From Salpingoeca rosetta (lineage: Eukaryota > Protista > Choanoflagellata), in NCBI GenBank assembly GCA_033442325.1, contig JAWQFM010000027.1:191844-255843 (forward strand): a stretch of DNA of 64,000 nt, given 5' to 3'. The notes beneath the pieces were generated by a model. It saw nothing but the letters and a program-made list of their open reading frames with translations. It was not told the DNA's origin and did no database searches. This document shows, in pieces, positions 22,381 to 33,483 of the stretch. The position numbers and the translations under genes were made by a program. The first letter of the stretch is position 1, and the number at the start of each line of letters is the position of its first letter.

Positions 22381-22602
22381 CCTGGTGTTGGCGTGAACAC
22401 CTTGACAGGCAGAAGAAAGAACGGTGTGCGTGTATCCGTCGTGAGTGAGCTGTTGTGGAATATTATGCGAAGGTATTGCAGATTATCAGCACTGAGGCGA
22501 CGCTCCGTCTCACTGATCTCAACTCATCCAGCCAGCACCAAGCACACCTGCTCACTCAAGCCCTCAAGCCTGCTCCCTTCTGCCTTCCTCAGCCACGCCG
22601 CC

Positions 22603-25600
22603 ATGCAATGGCCAATGACTGCGGCTGTGGCCATGCTGCTGGTGTTGGTGGTTGCCACCACGGTGGCCAGCACACAAGCACGCTCATCCACTGCAAACGG
22701 TTTCGCTCAAAACGATCAGGTGTGCTGTGTGTGGTCGCGCATTTTGTTTTTCTTGTTTTTGTTGTTATCCTGCTGTCCTGCTGCAGTGTACATTGTTCGT
22801 TTCGTGTTGTAGTGTAGTAGTGTGTATTGATTCATGCAGAATGCATGACCTCGGTCCCGTCTTGCCCCTCTCCTCTCCTGCATCCCAACGCGCACGCTGT
22901 GGCATCTGCTCACATGCTTGCTTGCAAGCAATGTCGTTCTGATAGTTGTGCTCGGATGTGCACGGGACACTGGACAGCATGGTCCGTGTGCTTGAAGTGA
23001 ACGACGTGCCGTTCTTCCCAAAGCACGGTGCCAACAACAAGGGGAACAGCAGTCGCAATGACACAACACCTACAACTGGAAACACAATGACGCGCGAAGA
23101 CACCATGCTCTCTTCGCTTGTCGACCTGTCCCCGATCCACCGCATGATGGCTGCGTTTGGGTGTGGCGATCGAAATGGGGACGGTCGTGGGGAACAGGAA
23201 CTGCTTGAGAATGGAGAGCACAGGACACCTCCCGCTCCATCAGTTGCAAGGTCCACCAGCACGTACATGGAAGAGAGGGTGAACGCCATCCGCCGCAACG
23301 AGACCATGCTGCCCTTGCAACAACAGTCACGTTTGCAACACAAGCGTGTGCGACGGAATGATGACCCTGAAGTGCAGGCAGGGCAATGCACGCTGGCAAG
23401 CGTGATGACCGGTACGTGTCCTGGCGCAAATCATCGTGGAGGACTCGCTATTACCTTGAGTGAGAATGACGACGTGGACGACAACACGGATGCTAGCGGG
23501 CTACGTGCCATCTCCAGCAACGTGGTCGCATTGGCCGTGAATGGGCACGTGCAGGAAGCGCCGCTGCAGTGGATTGTGAAAAATGGCAATTGGACGGTGT
23601 GCCATGCTGTTGTCTTGGATGGTGTGCAATACCCCATATTTCAGTTGAGCGAGCTCAACCTTATGGCCCGCATCGACACGATATGGATACTTGACAGCGT
23701 GCTGCTGCGGGAAGTGAACACGAGCGGGTTTGCTCTCGCACATCAGCTCACTGCCTTTCGCGCAATCAACAATTCCCTCACATCCGTTCCAGACGTTTCT
23801 GGCATGACCTCGCTGTCAACTCTCAGCCTGAACAACAACCGCATCTGTCGCATCGCAAAGGACGTTTTCAAGGGCTTACCAGTCCTGCAGCTGCTGCTCC
23901 TTGGCGAGAACCGCATTTCCAAGATTGAGTCGCAGGCGTTCGATAACCTCACTCAGCTGCAGCTACTGACCATGTTTACCAACGACATCAGCGCCATCCC
24001 TTCCGGCCTGTTCCATCAACTCACGAGCCTTACCACGTTGCAGCTGCAGCAGAATCCAATCACGACAGTTGACGCCGACGTATTCGCTGCGCTGACAATG
24101 CTGGATCACCTCAACCTGGTGGACACGCTCCTCACTAGCTTGCCACCCACACTGTTCCGAAACACCACCCGTCTCGCTGTTCTTGGGCTGGCGCGAAACT
24201 TCATCACGTCCCTTGACGAGACCGTCTTCTCCGGCCTGACTTCGCTGCAGCATTTGCAGATCTTCGAAAACCGACTGACATCCCTGCCACCGGGCGTGTT
24301 CAAGGACTTGACGGCGCTGACACGGCTCTTTTTGAGTGTAAACAAATTAACATCATTGCCTGAAGGGCTACTTGACACTTGCATTCGCCTTGGTCAGTTC
24401 TTTTGTCACACCAACTCCCTAGCCACGCTCCCAGCCAACCTGTTTGCCAACAACCCAGCACTTCGGCATCTTAACTTGGCCAACAACGAACTTCGCTCCC
24501 TGGAAACGGCACAGCTGTCCTCTCTGCAGTTCCTCGACCTGAAGAACAATCAACTCACCAAGCTGCGTCTGTTTCGAGAATTGCCTCGTCTTCATCGACT
24601 CGACTTGAGCGACAACCCCATGCAGGAGCTGCCAGATGTCACGCTCACGCCTGCCCTGGAAACCCTCCGGTTGAAGAACCATGAAAGCAAGCACATGGAG
24701 TTGGCGCCGCTTCTTCGTTTGTCCAACCTCACCATTCTTGAGCTCAACGCCTCCCCGCTAGCGAATTCCAGGGCGGTCTTGACGGACACCAACATCACGA
24801 GCATTACGCGGTTGTCAACCCTAAGTCTGGAGAACGTGGACGTCAGCGCCGCGGTCCCATCATTCGAGCAACTTCCACCGCTCAGCCTACGCACGCTTCA
24901 CGTGGGCTGGCCGGGCGCCATGAACCGCACGCTTCCAATCACTGAGGTGTGCAAGCTGCTGGCAAGCAGTGTTCATGAGCTCCGCATTGCCAACACAGAC
25001 TACAGAACCATTGAGCTGTGTCCCGACAAGACATTCGACTCACTCCTTCTCAACGACAACCAGCACCTGCGATCTGTCACCGTCCACAATCCGCTTCGAG
25101 AGCTGAACGTGTCCGGCTGCACCCAGCTCACATCCATTGATGCCCCTCCAATCGATATTCTCGACATCAGCAACACCAACTTTCCGCCAACTGGTGCGCT
25201 GTGCACGCGGTGGGGTACACGCATCCTCTTCACTCGCAATTTGGTCGGAGACATCGATCTTCGACAGGCTGCCACGACTGCACGCAACTGCCTTGAGCTG
25301 GCAGACGTGTTGGACCTCTCGGGTAACTTGTGGCTGAGGCAGGTGACAGAGGTCAATCGCGTGACAGAGCGGAACATTGTCTTATCAGATGAGCAGTTTG
25401 GGACGGCCGATTTCGTTGCAATTCCAAACCGCCCCACTCCTCCCATCCTTCAGCTGACTGATGCGCCCATTGAATGTGCCCTTAAGCTGTCAAACCAGGA
25501 CTTGCGGCCTCGAGCTAATACGGTTCTGTTGACTCCCCAGATTGTGTTCTCCTTCCACTGCACGTGTGCCCGCGGTTTCAAGATGACGTCGGGTGGGCGT

Positions 25601-26924
25601 TGTGTGGTGGACGAGCCCAACGTTGCCGGCATCGCCGCTGGCTCCGTGATTGGCGGCCTTGGCATTGGCCTGCTCATGGCGTGGCTGTCACGCCGCTACC
25701 GTGGCCTGACCAAGCGCATTGGTCTGCAGGAGCAGCTGCTGGTGGAGCGAGACGAAGAAGTGATGGCGCTGAAGAAGGCGTGGGAGGTTGAGTACGATGA
25801 GCTGAGGATGATCAAGCGGGTGGCTGCGGGTGCGTTTGGCGTTGTGTTCAAGGCAGAGTGGGACACAGTCACAGTGGCAGTGAAGGTGTTGCAGCAAGCC
25901 GTCATGGCATTTGACGAGAGCACGGTGTTGGAGTTTGAGAAGGAGGTGGAGTTCCTGCAGCGAACACGGCACCCACACGTGGTGCGGTTCTTTGGTGCGG
26001 GCACAGACCCCAACGGCAGCCCGTTCCTGGTGCTGGAGTTTGTGGCGAGGGGGTCACTCAAGGACCTGTTGAGGAAGGACATGGAACAGGTGTTGAAGAA
26101 CGCGAGGAACGAGAGCGCTGATAGCGGTACAGATGCAAGCGTGATTGCAGAGGATTTTGGTGAGGAGTTGACGTTGGTGAGCACAGGAAGCGACAAACGA
26201 GATGAGACGATGACTGCATGGAATTTAAAGCTGCGACTGCTGCGTGATGTTGCCAGGGGCATGGCCTTTATCCACAGCCTCGACCAGATGCACCGGTGCG
26301 TGGGATTGGTGTGCGTGCGTGCGTGTGCGTCTGTGTCTGTGTGTGTCTGAGTGTGTGTGTGTGTGTGTGTCTGTGTCTGTGTGTGCGTGCTCGTGTGTGT
26401 GTGTGTGTGTGCTGCATGCAAGCAAGTGTTTGTTGCTCACGGTCTAGTACCCCACTCTCACCCCACAACCACTGTCACACTCAACAACAACAGAGACCTG
26501 AAGAGCGGCAACGTGCTGGTATCTGCTAACTTGCGCGCCAAGATCACGGATTTCGGATCCATTCGCCAGTGCTTCACACGAGACAGGAACCAGCACCAGC
26601 AGCGCACTCGTCTGTCGTCCAGCCATAATGATGATCCCCAGTACAGCCAGCAAGCTGGGCTGCAGACGATGACGAGCATGACGCTGACGGCTGGCGTGGG
26701 CACGCCGCTGTACATGGCACCAGAGGCACTGACGGGCGACAAGTACAGCTTTGAGGCTGACATCTTCAGCTTTGGTGTGCTGATGTGGGAGGTGGCGACG
26801 CAGCGTGTGCCGGACCTGATTGCACAGGAGAAGGGGAGCGGGTATCGGGGACCAATTCTCGCCACCATCAGCAACTTGATGGCAGATGGGAAGCGGCTCA
26901 AGTTTGACGACAGCGAACAGGATG
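22603..26924 (+). CDS. LRR receptor kinase: signal peptide, LRRs, EGF-like Cys module, TM, TKL-group kinase; final exon (subdomain XI) not found
   Basis: Exon 22603-22719 is the signal peptide. Exon 22946-26295 holds ~24-aa typical LRRs (LxxLxLxxNxLxxLPxxxF), CTCARGF...[40 protein letters not shown] and HR. Exon 26494-26924 holds [18 protein letters not shown] and [11 protein letters not shown]. Confidence 0.9.
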
Positions 26925-27037
26925 GTGAGTTATGTGTGATGTGAGAGAGTGTGTGTGCAGGTGTGTGTGTGTGCTTGTGTGTGTTTTTGCTGTTTGCTTG
27001 GGTTGTTTACTTGCGCGTCCTCTCTCCTCCTCATCTC

Positions 27038-27073
<36 letters not shown>

Positions 27074-27224
27074 CACTTGTACATACACACACACACACAC
27101 GCACACGCACACACACACGCGCACACACACACACGCACACACACACACGCACACACACACACACACGCACACACACACACGCACACACACACACGCACAC
27201 ACACACGCATATATGCTTGCTTAC

Positions 27225-28029
27225 ACTGTCGTTGCAAATGTCCGTGCGGGCGCCACTGTCCACCAGGAATTGGATGAGGGGAAGATTGTTCTGCTGAGTC
27301 GCAATATGCAGCGGTGTGTTCCCCTGCAGCAACGGCCATCGCGTATGCGTGTATGCGTGAATGTGTGTGTATGTGCGGGAGTGCGAGAGAGTGTGTATGT
27401 GCATGCCGGAGCACGCGCACACCAGAAATAACAACCCATGAACATGCCGCATCCACTCTCAAATCACCACCACCAAAGATAAGAGAGTGTGACTGCACCT
27501 CTGCATCCAGGGCGTTGATGTCAGCACCGTGGTCAACGAGCGCTTTCACGACAGCAAGTGATCCGTGCTTGCAGGCAACGTGAATTGGCGCACTCCCCTG
27601 GCCATCATGCAAGATGAGTGAGTGAGTGAGTGAGTGAGTGAGTAAGAGAGAGTGTGTGTGAGTGTGTGTGTGTGTGTGAGCGATTGAGTGAGCGTCAAGG
27701 TGTATGTGTGTGTGTGTGTCAGTCACGAACACCAAGCCACTCAAGGACATTCTGTTTCACATACGCCAATAACAACAAGCGTGCGCACACAACACCCCTG
27801 TCATTCAAGGTCACCTGGTCATTCTTTGTGTCGGGCCCGGTGTTGTTGTCTAAAAGGGCGAGCGCAGCATCCAAGTCGTTCTCAACACACGATCGGTGCA
27901 GCAGCTGATGCACACACACACATGTGACAGGTGTACAATACACACACGCATGCATGCAACGAGATAGAAGAGTGTGGGTGTGAGTCAAAGTAATATCTTG
28001 TAAATCAGCACATGAATAATGACGACAAC

Positions 28030-28064
<35 letters not shown>

Positions 28065-28347
28065 ACGACAACAACAACAACAACAACAACAACACCACCA
28101 CCAACAACACCACCAACAACACCACCATCACCCCACGACCACCACTAGTAACAGCATCACCGCACCCTGCTCGCTGCGGCTGCTCGGACCATCTTGATGA
28201 TCTGCTCGTCTCCGCCGGCCACCGCCTCTTCAACCGCCGTCCGGCCCTGTTGATGGAGTGCGGGTGGTGGCGTGGTGATGGAGTGCGGATGGTGGCGTGG
28301 TGACTTGGCAGGCGACGGGGCGTTCAAGTAGACAGACAGATAGACAG

Positions 28348-28441
<94 letters not shown>

Positions 28442-28995
28442 TCACAGAGTTGTCTGGGATGGTTGGGTCTGCGCCAAACGCGAGGAGAACGAGGACGGGG
28501 AGAACGCGCTTGTAGTGCACTGCAACCATCAGCGGGGTTTGGCCCTGAGGGAAGGAGTCATAGTTATGATGGTGGTGGTGGTGGTGGTGAGACTGTCGTT
28601 GTGCTGGTGGTGTGAAGGGGTCGTGGGGGACAAACAAGTTCAGCAATACAAACAAAGGAGGGCATGGGGAGAAAAGAAAATGACCAAAACGCTGCTGTCT
28701 CCCTTCCATGACATACACACCCCGTGAACCCAGCATCGTGACACTGCGCCACCACCATCATCACATGCTCCCCTCACATCATCGGCCCTGTGGTTGACGT
28801 TTGCTCCCCTCTGCAGCAGAAAACCGCGCCATTGCCTCGTGGTTGTTCGCGACAGCATAATATATCGCCGTCCACCCTTTGCTGTTGGCGTGCCGGGGCA
28901 AATGTGGATGGGGAGTGCCGTACATGTGTGCGTGTGTGTGCGTATATGTGTGCGTTGTCCGTGTGTGTGTGTAAATGAAGGAAGAAGAAAACACA

Positions 28996-29033
<38 letters not shown>

Positions 29034-30666
29034 TNNNNNNNNNNNNNNNNNNNNNNNNNNNNNNNNNNNNNNNNNNNNNNNNNNNNNNNNNNNNNNNNNN
29101 NNNNNNNNNNNNNNNNNNNNNNNNNNNNNNNNNNNNNNNNNNNNNNNNNNNNNNNNNNNNNNNNNNNNNNNNNNNNNNNNNNNNNNNNNNNNNNNNNNNN
29201 NNNNNNNNNNNNNNNNNNNNNNNNNNNNNNNNNNNNNNNNNNNNNNNNNNNNNNNNNNNNNNNNNNNNNNNNNNNNNNNNNNNNNNNNNNNNNNNNNNNN
29301 NNNNNNNNNNNNNNNNNNNNNNNNNNNNNNNNNNNNNNNNNNNNNNNNNNNNNNNNNNNNNNNNNNNNNNNNNNNNNNNNNNNNNNNNNNNNNNNNNNNN
29401 NNNNNNNNNNNNNNNNNNNNNNNNNNNNNNNNNNNNNNNNNNNNNNNNNNNNNNNNNNNNNNNNNNNNNNNNNNNNNNNNNNNNNNNNNNNNNNNNNNNN
29501 NNNNNNNNNNNNNNNNNNNNNNNNNNNNNNNNNNNNNNNNNNNNNNNNNNNNNNNNNNNNNNNNNNNNNNNNNNNNNNNNNNNNNNNNNNNNNNNNNNNN
29601 NNNNNNNNNNNNNNNNNNNCATCCCCCCCCCCCAAATCCCATCAGCACGAGTGCAGGCTCACGTATTTGTCTGTTGCGTGGACGTCACCGCCGTGATCAA
29701 GAAGGGCCTGGACCACATCCAGCCGACCTTGCTCGCAGGCAGAGAACAGCGGCGTGCGGCCCTGATGCTGCAGCTGTGGATGGGGGGCCACATCCTGGTG
29801 GCGGTGATGTGATGTAGGGAATGTGTGAATGGTCGGGTTGGTATATCTTGTCATGGGACGCGTTGACAACTTCTCTCAAGGCCGTTACAATGACAGTGAC
29901 ACAGACAGACAGACACACACACACACACAGACAGACAGACAGACAGACACATACACACACAGACACACAGACACACAGACACACAGACACACAGACACAG
30001 ACACACACACACACACAACGACACGGCTGCACCTTGAGTGCTGCGTGGTTGACGTCGGCGCCGTGTTCCAGCAGAATCTTCACAATGGACGCAAACCCGC
30101 GGTGGCTTGCATAGTGCAGCGGTGTGAAGCCCTGTGCCACGTGTAGGCAGACAGGTCGCGTTCGCACGCGCGTGTGAGGAAGCACGTACACAGTATGCAG
30201 TGGTTGCGTGAGCGCATCTGCTTCTGCGAACAGACAGACACCTGGTCCCAACAGCATGCATGAAGCGCACTACCAGCACCAGCAAGCAACACCAGTACCA
30301 ATATCGTCACCACTGCCACCATGACCACTGTCTTACGTATCCGTCTGTGTTATCGACGCCAGCGCCGTGCTCCAGCAGCAGCCGCACCACGCGGTCCTGG
30401 CCCTCGCCGATGGACAGGTGCAGCGGTGTCCACCCCTGCGCACGCGATCGAGATGAGACAGGCCAGTGATGAGCGTGCGTGAGAGTGTGTGTAGGTGAGA
30501 GAGAGGCAAAGACGCACAGGTACACCGTGAAGGGGCAACGAAGGAGAGAAGATCAAACATAACAAACAGCTTGACATCGGCAAGCACAAGGACGGCTCTG
30601 GAAGCAGGACACACAGTATCACACGGACAGAAGGACCTGTACATACAGTTTCTCTCACTCTCACTG

Positions 30667-30711
<45 letters not shown>

Positions 30712-31306
30712 GAACACAGACACAGACACACACACACACACACATACACACCCAGACAACCTCACCCACTCCCCTTGCCCCCACCCCCACACACAACACG
30801 TACGCCGTGCTCGACCGGTGGTGCGTGATCGGACGGCGTGGGGACATGGTCCTTAAACTCGGACAGCTTGGCCATCTTGTTGACATTGGCACCATTCTCC
30901 AGCAGCACGCGCACGATGGCCTCGTGCCCACGGCCGCTCGCTGCATGAAGCGGCGTCACGCCCTGCTCAAATCAAGGGCAGTGACACGCAGTGTGACATT
31001 TTGCACCATGTGCGCCTCGCACGCCACTGATCCCGCCTCACACAACACCACAACACCGCAGCACCACTAACACCAGGCCCATCTCCCTCTCCACCACACC
31101 ATCACCACTCACGCAAAGTATACCCACGCTCACAAGCACGAGCACAGCCATTCCAACAGATGCAACATTGGCTGTGATGTGCAACGTTACATTACATGAC
31201 ACTCACTGACCATGCCCGTGTCAAAGTTCACATCGCATCCGTGCTGCAGCAAGAGCTGGACGATCCCGAGCTCGTTCTCCACACACGCGTTGTACAGCGC
31301 AGCCAT
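27225..31306 (-). CDS. Ankyrin-repeat protein (>=11 repeats, roughly one per exon); 3' end not found
   Basis: Exons: [109 protein letters not shown].., GWTAIYYAV.., GQTPLMVAV.., GRTAVEEAV.., [10 protein letters not shown].., [12 protein letters not shown].., [13 protein letters not shown].. Confidence 0.9.
29035..29619. other. Assembly gap (others: 2910-3177, 4605-4704, 13111-13210, 15797-15896)
   Basis: Runs of N, mostly abutting (GT)n or C/A-rich tracts. Confidence 1.
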
Positions 31307-31653
31307 CGATCCTGTGCCTATAGTGACGTGTACCAACGACACGCACTGGCTCGAAGCCTTCCAGACCTTCCGTTGCCGACACTGAGCAGGTGCTGGCTCG
31401 TGACTGTTGTTGTTGTTGTGTCGGCCTGCCACAACAACCACAGCCGTGTGAAAGTTTTGAATTATCACATGTGATTCGATGCAGCATTAACACCATCCCC
31501 GTGCTCGCAACACTGTGCGCTCGCAGCACGACCACCACGAACAGCACAAGCGAGCAAGCAAGAAGCAAGCAAGCAAGAAAAGCAAGCAAACAAAGAAACA
31601 AGGAACCAGACCACAGGCGACACACCAGCTGGACCAACACACTGACAACCACG

Positions 31654-33439
31654 ATGAAGGTGTCCTTGGTTGCGTTGGTGGTACTGCTTGTGGTGGTGGC
31701 AACTGGTGTTCTTCCCCCATGTGGTTGTGTGGCCACAAGCGACAGTGAGTGGCGAGATGGCAATCACAGCAGCAACAACAACAACGGCAACAACAACAAT
31801 TACACCAGCAACAACAACTACAATAACAACAACGCACAGGCTTTGGCGCCAGATCCACTGATCGGCGGGTTCCCTGTCCGCAGCAGTAGCAGCAGCCGCA
31901 TCAAACGGAGCGACATCATCCACAACGACAACAGCAACGACATCATCCACAACGACAACAGCAACGACATCATCAACAGCAACGATGACGAGGAAGGCGA
32001 CGAGGGTGCGCCCGTGTCTGGGCCCGTGCTCAAGAACCGGTTCTCGCCCGTGGAGGTCCCAAGTCTGCAGTACACGCCAGTGCTCTACCACACGACAGAG
32101 GTGGTCACCTTCCAGCACCAAGAGGATCTGCAAGGCACGACGGTGGCCAACCTCACCCGCCTCATCCAGCTCGGCGGCACCAAGTGGGACAGCGTGCCGG
32201 GCAACATTGGGGTGAACCAGATCCAGATCCATTCCGTGGAGACGTGGCGCCGGTGCCGGGACCTTACGCCTGATGTGTCGCCGTCTGGCTTCACGCTGCA
32301 CACCTCTGTGCAGTTTGCTGATCACGAGGGCATCTTCATCTACGGCGGGCTCACCCCCACCGGAGAGGGTCCCAACAAGTTTGAGAACATGCAGGAGCTG
32401 TTCTTGGTCAACATCTACGCCAACTTTGCCAAGCGCATCTTCGAGTGCCACTGGGAGCCCGTGCAGACACAGAACCCGCCCCAGCCGCGCCACGGACACG
32501 CCATGGTGAAGCTGAACGAGTTCCAGTTTATCATTCACGGCGGGTGCGGCGACCACAAGATCCAGGACGACCCGACGGCGCGTGTTCGCTTCTTCTTCAT
32601 CTGCATCGATCCCCTGCGCGACATGCACTTGTTTGATATTCGTACGCGCATGTGGACGCGGCTTGAGGTGCAGGGCGCACCGCAGCTCGTGTATCACCAC
32701 ATGAGCTTGCTTACCGCAGACAGGCAGCTGATTCTCTTTGGCGGGTACACGGAGGAGCAAGTGGTCAACACAGACATGCTCGCGGCAACAGTCCCACGTG
32801 GCGATGTGACCGAAGGCACGGCGCTTGTGTTTGAGCACGTGCAAGTGTCACCGGTGCCGCAAGCATACACGCGCGGCGCCATTGACGCTGTTGCCGACGA
32901 CACCATCCACTACTTCCTGACTCCGAGCCCGGGCAGCCACTTTGACAAAGGCAGAAAGGTGCGCTGTTGCGTGTGTATGACAGAGAATGTATGTGTGCAA
33001 TTGTGCGTGTTTGTCGATGGGTGTGCGTGTGTGAGTGAGTGTGTGAGTGCGTGTGTGTGTGCGTGCTTGTTGATGGGTGTGTGTACGTGCGTGTGTGAGT
33101 GCGTGTGTGTGTGTGCGTGCTTGTCCATGGGTGTGTGTGTGTTGTTTTCACGTCCATGTAACATTAAGCTCACCAATCACACATTTCACAACCACCACCA
33201 CAGCTGATATCACTGCAGGGCCAGTTTGTCCCCGGCACCGATCACCAGCAGTTTGTGTGGCGCTTGGCAAACGTCTTCCCCAGCGCTGACCACCCGTGGT
33301 CGGCAGGGTACGCCGCACCCGTGTTCTTTTGGGTGGGAGAGGATGTGTGCGTGCGTGCGTGAGTGTATGCGTGTGCGTGTGCGTGCATCAATGTGTCAGT
33401 TGTCAAGTGCTTGGCCTTTGTTGATGTACATGCTTTCAC

Positions 33440-33483
<44 letters not shown>

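Noticed and set aside
25790-26924. Calling the two receptors tyrosine kinases
   Set aside because: Catalytic loops are HRDLKSxN and the P+1 loops [18 protein letters not shown], which is TKL-type rather than HRDLAARN.
31465-32844. Long antisense ORFs (459 aa here; also 35729-36892, 34481-35401, 6825-7634)
   Set aside because: Shadows of GC3-rich sense coding exons, with no recognisable motifs.
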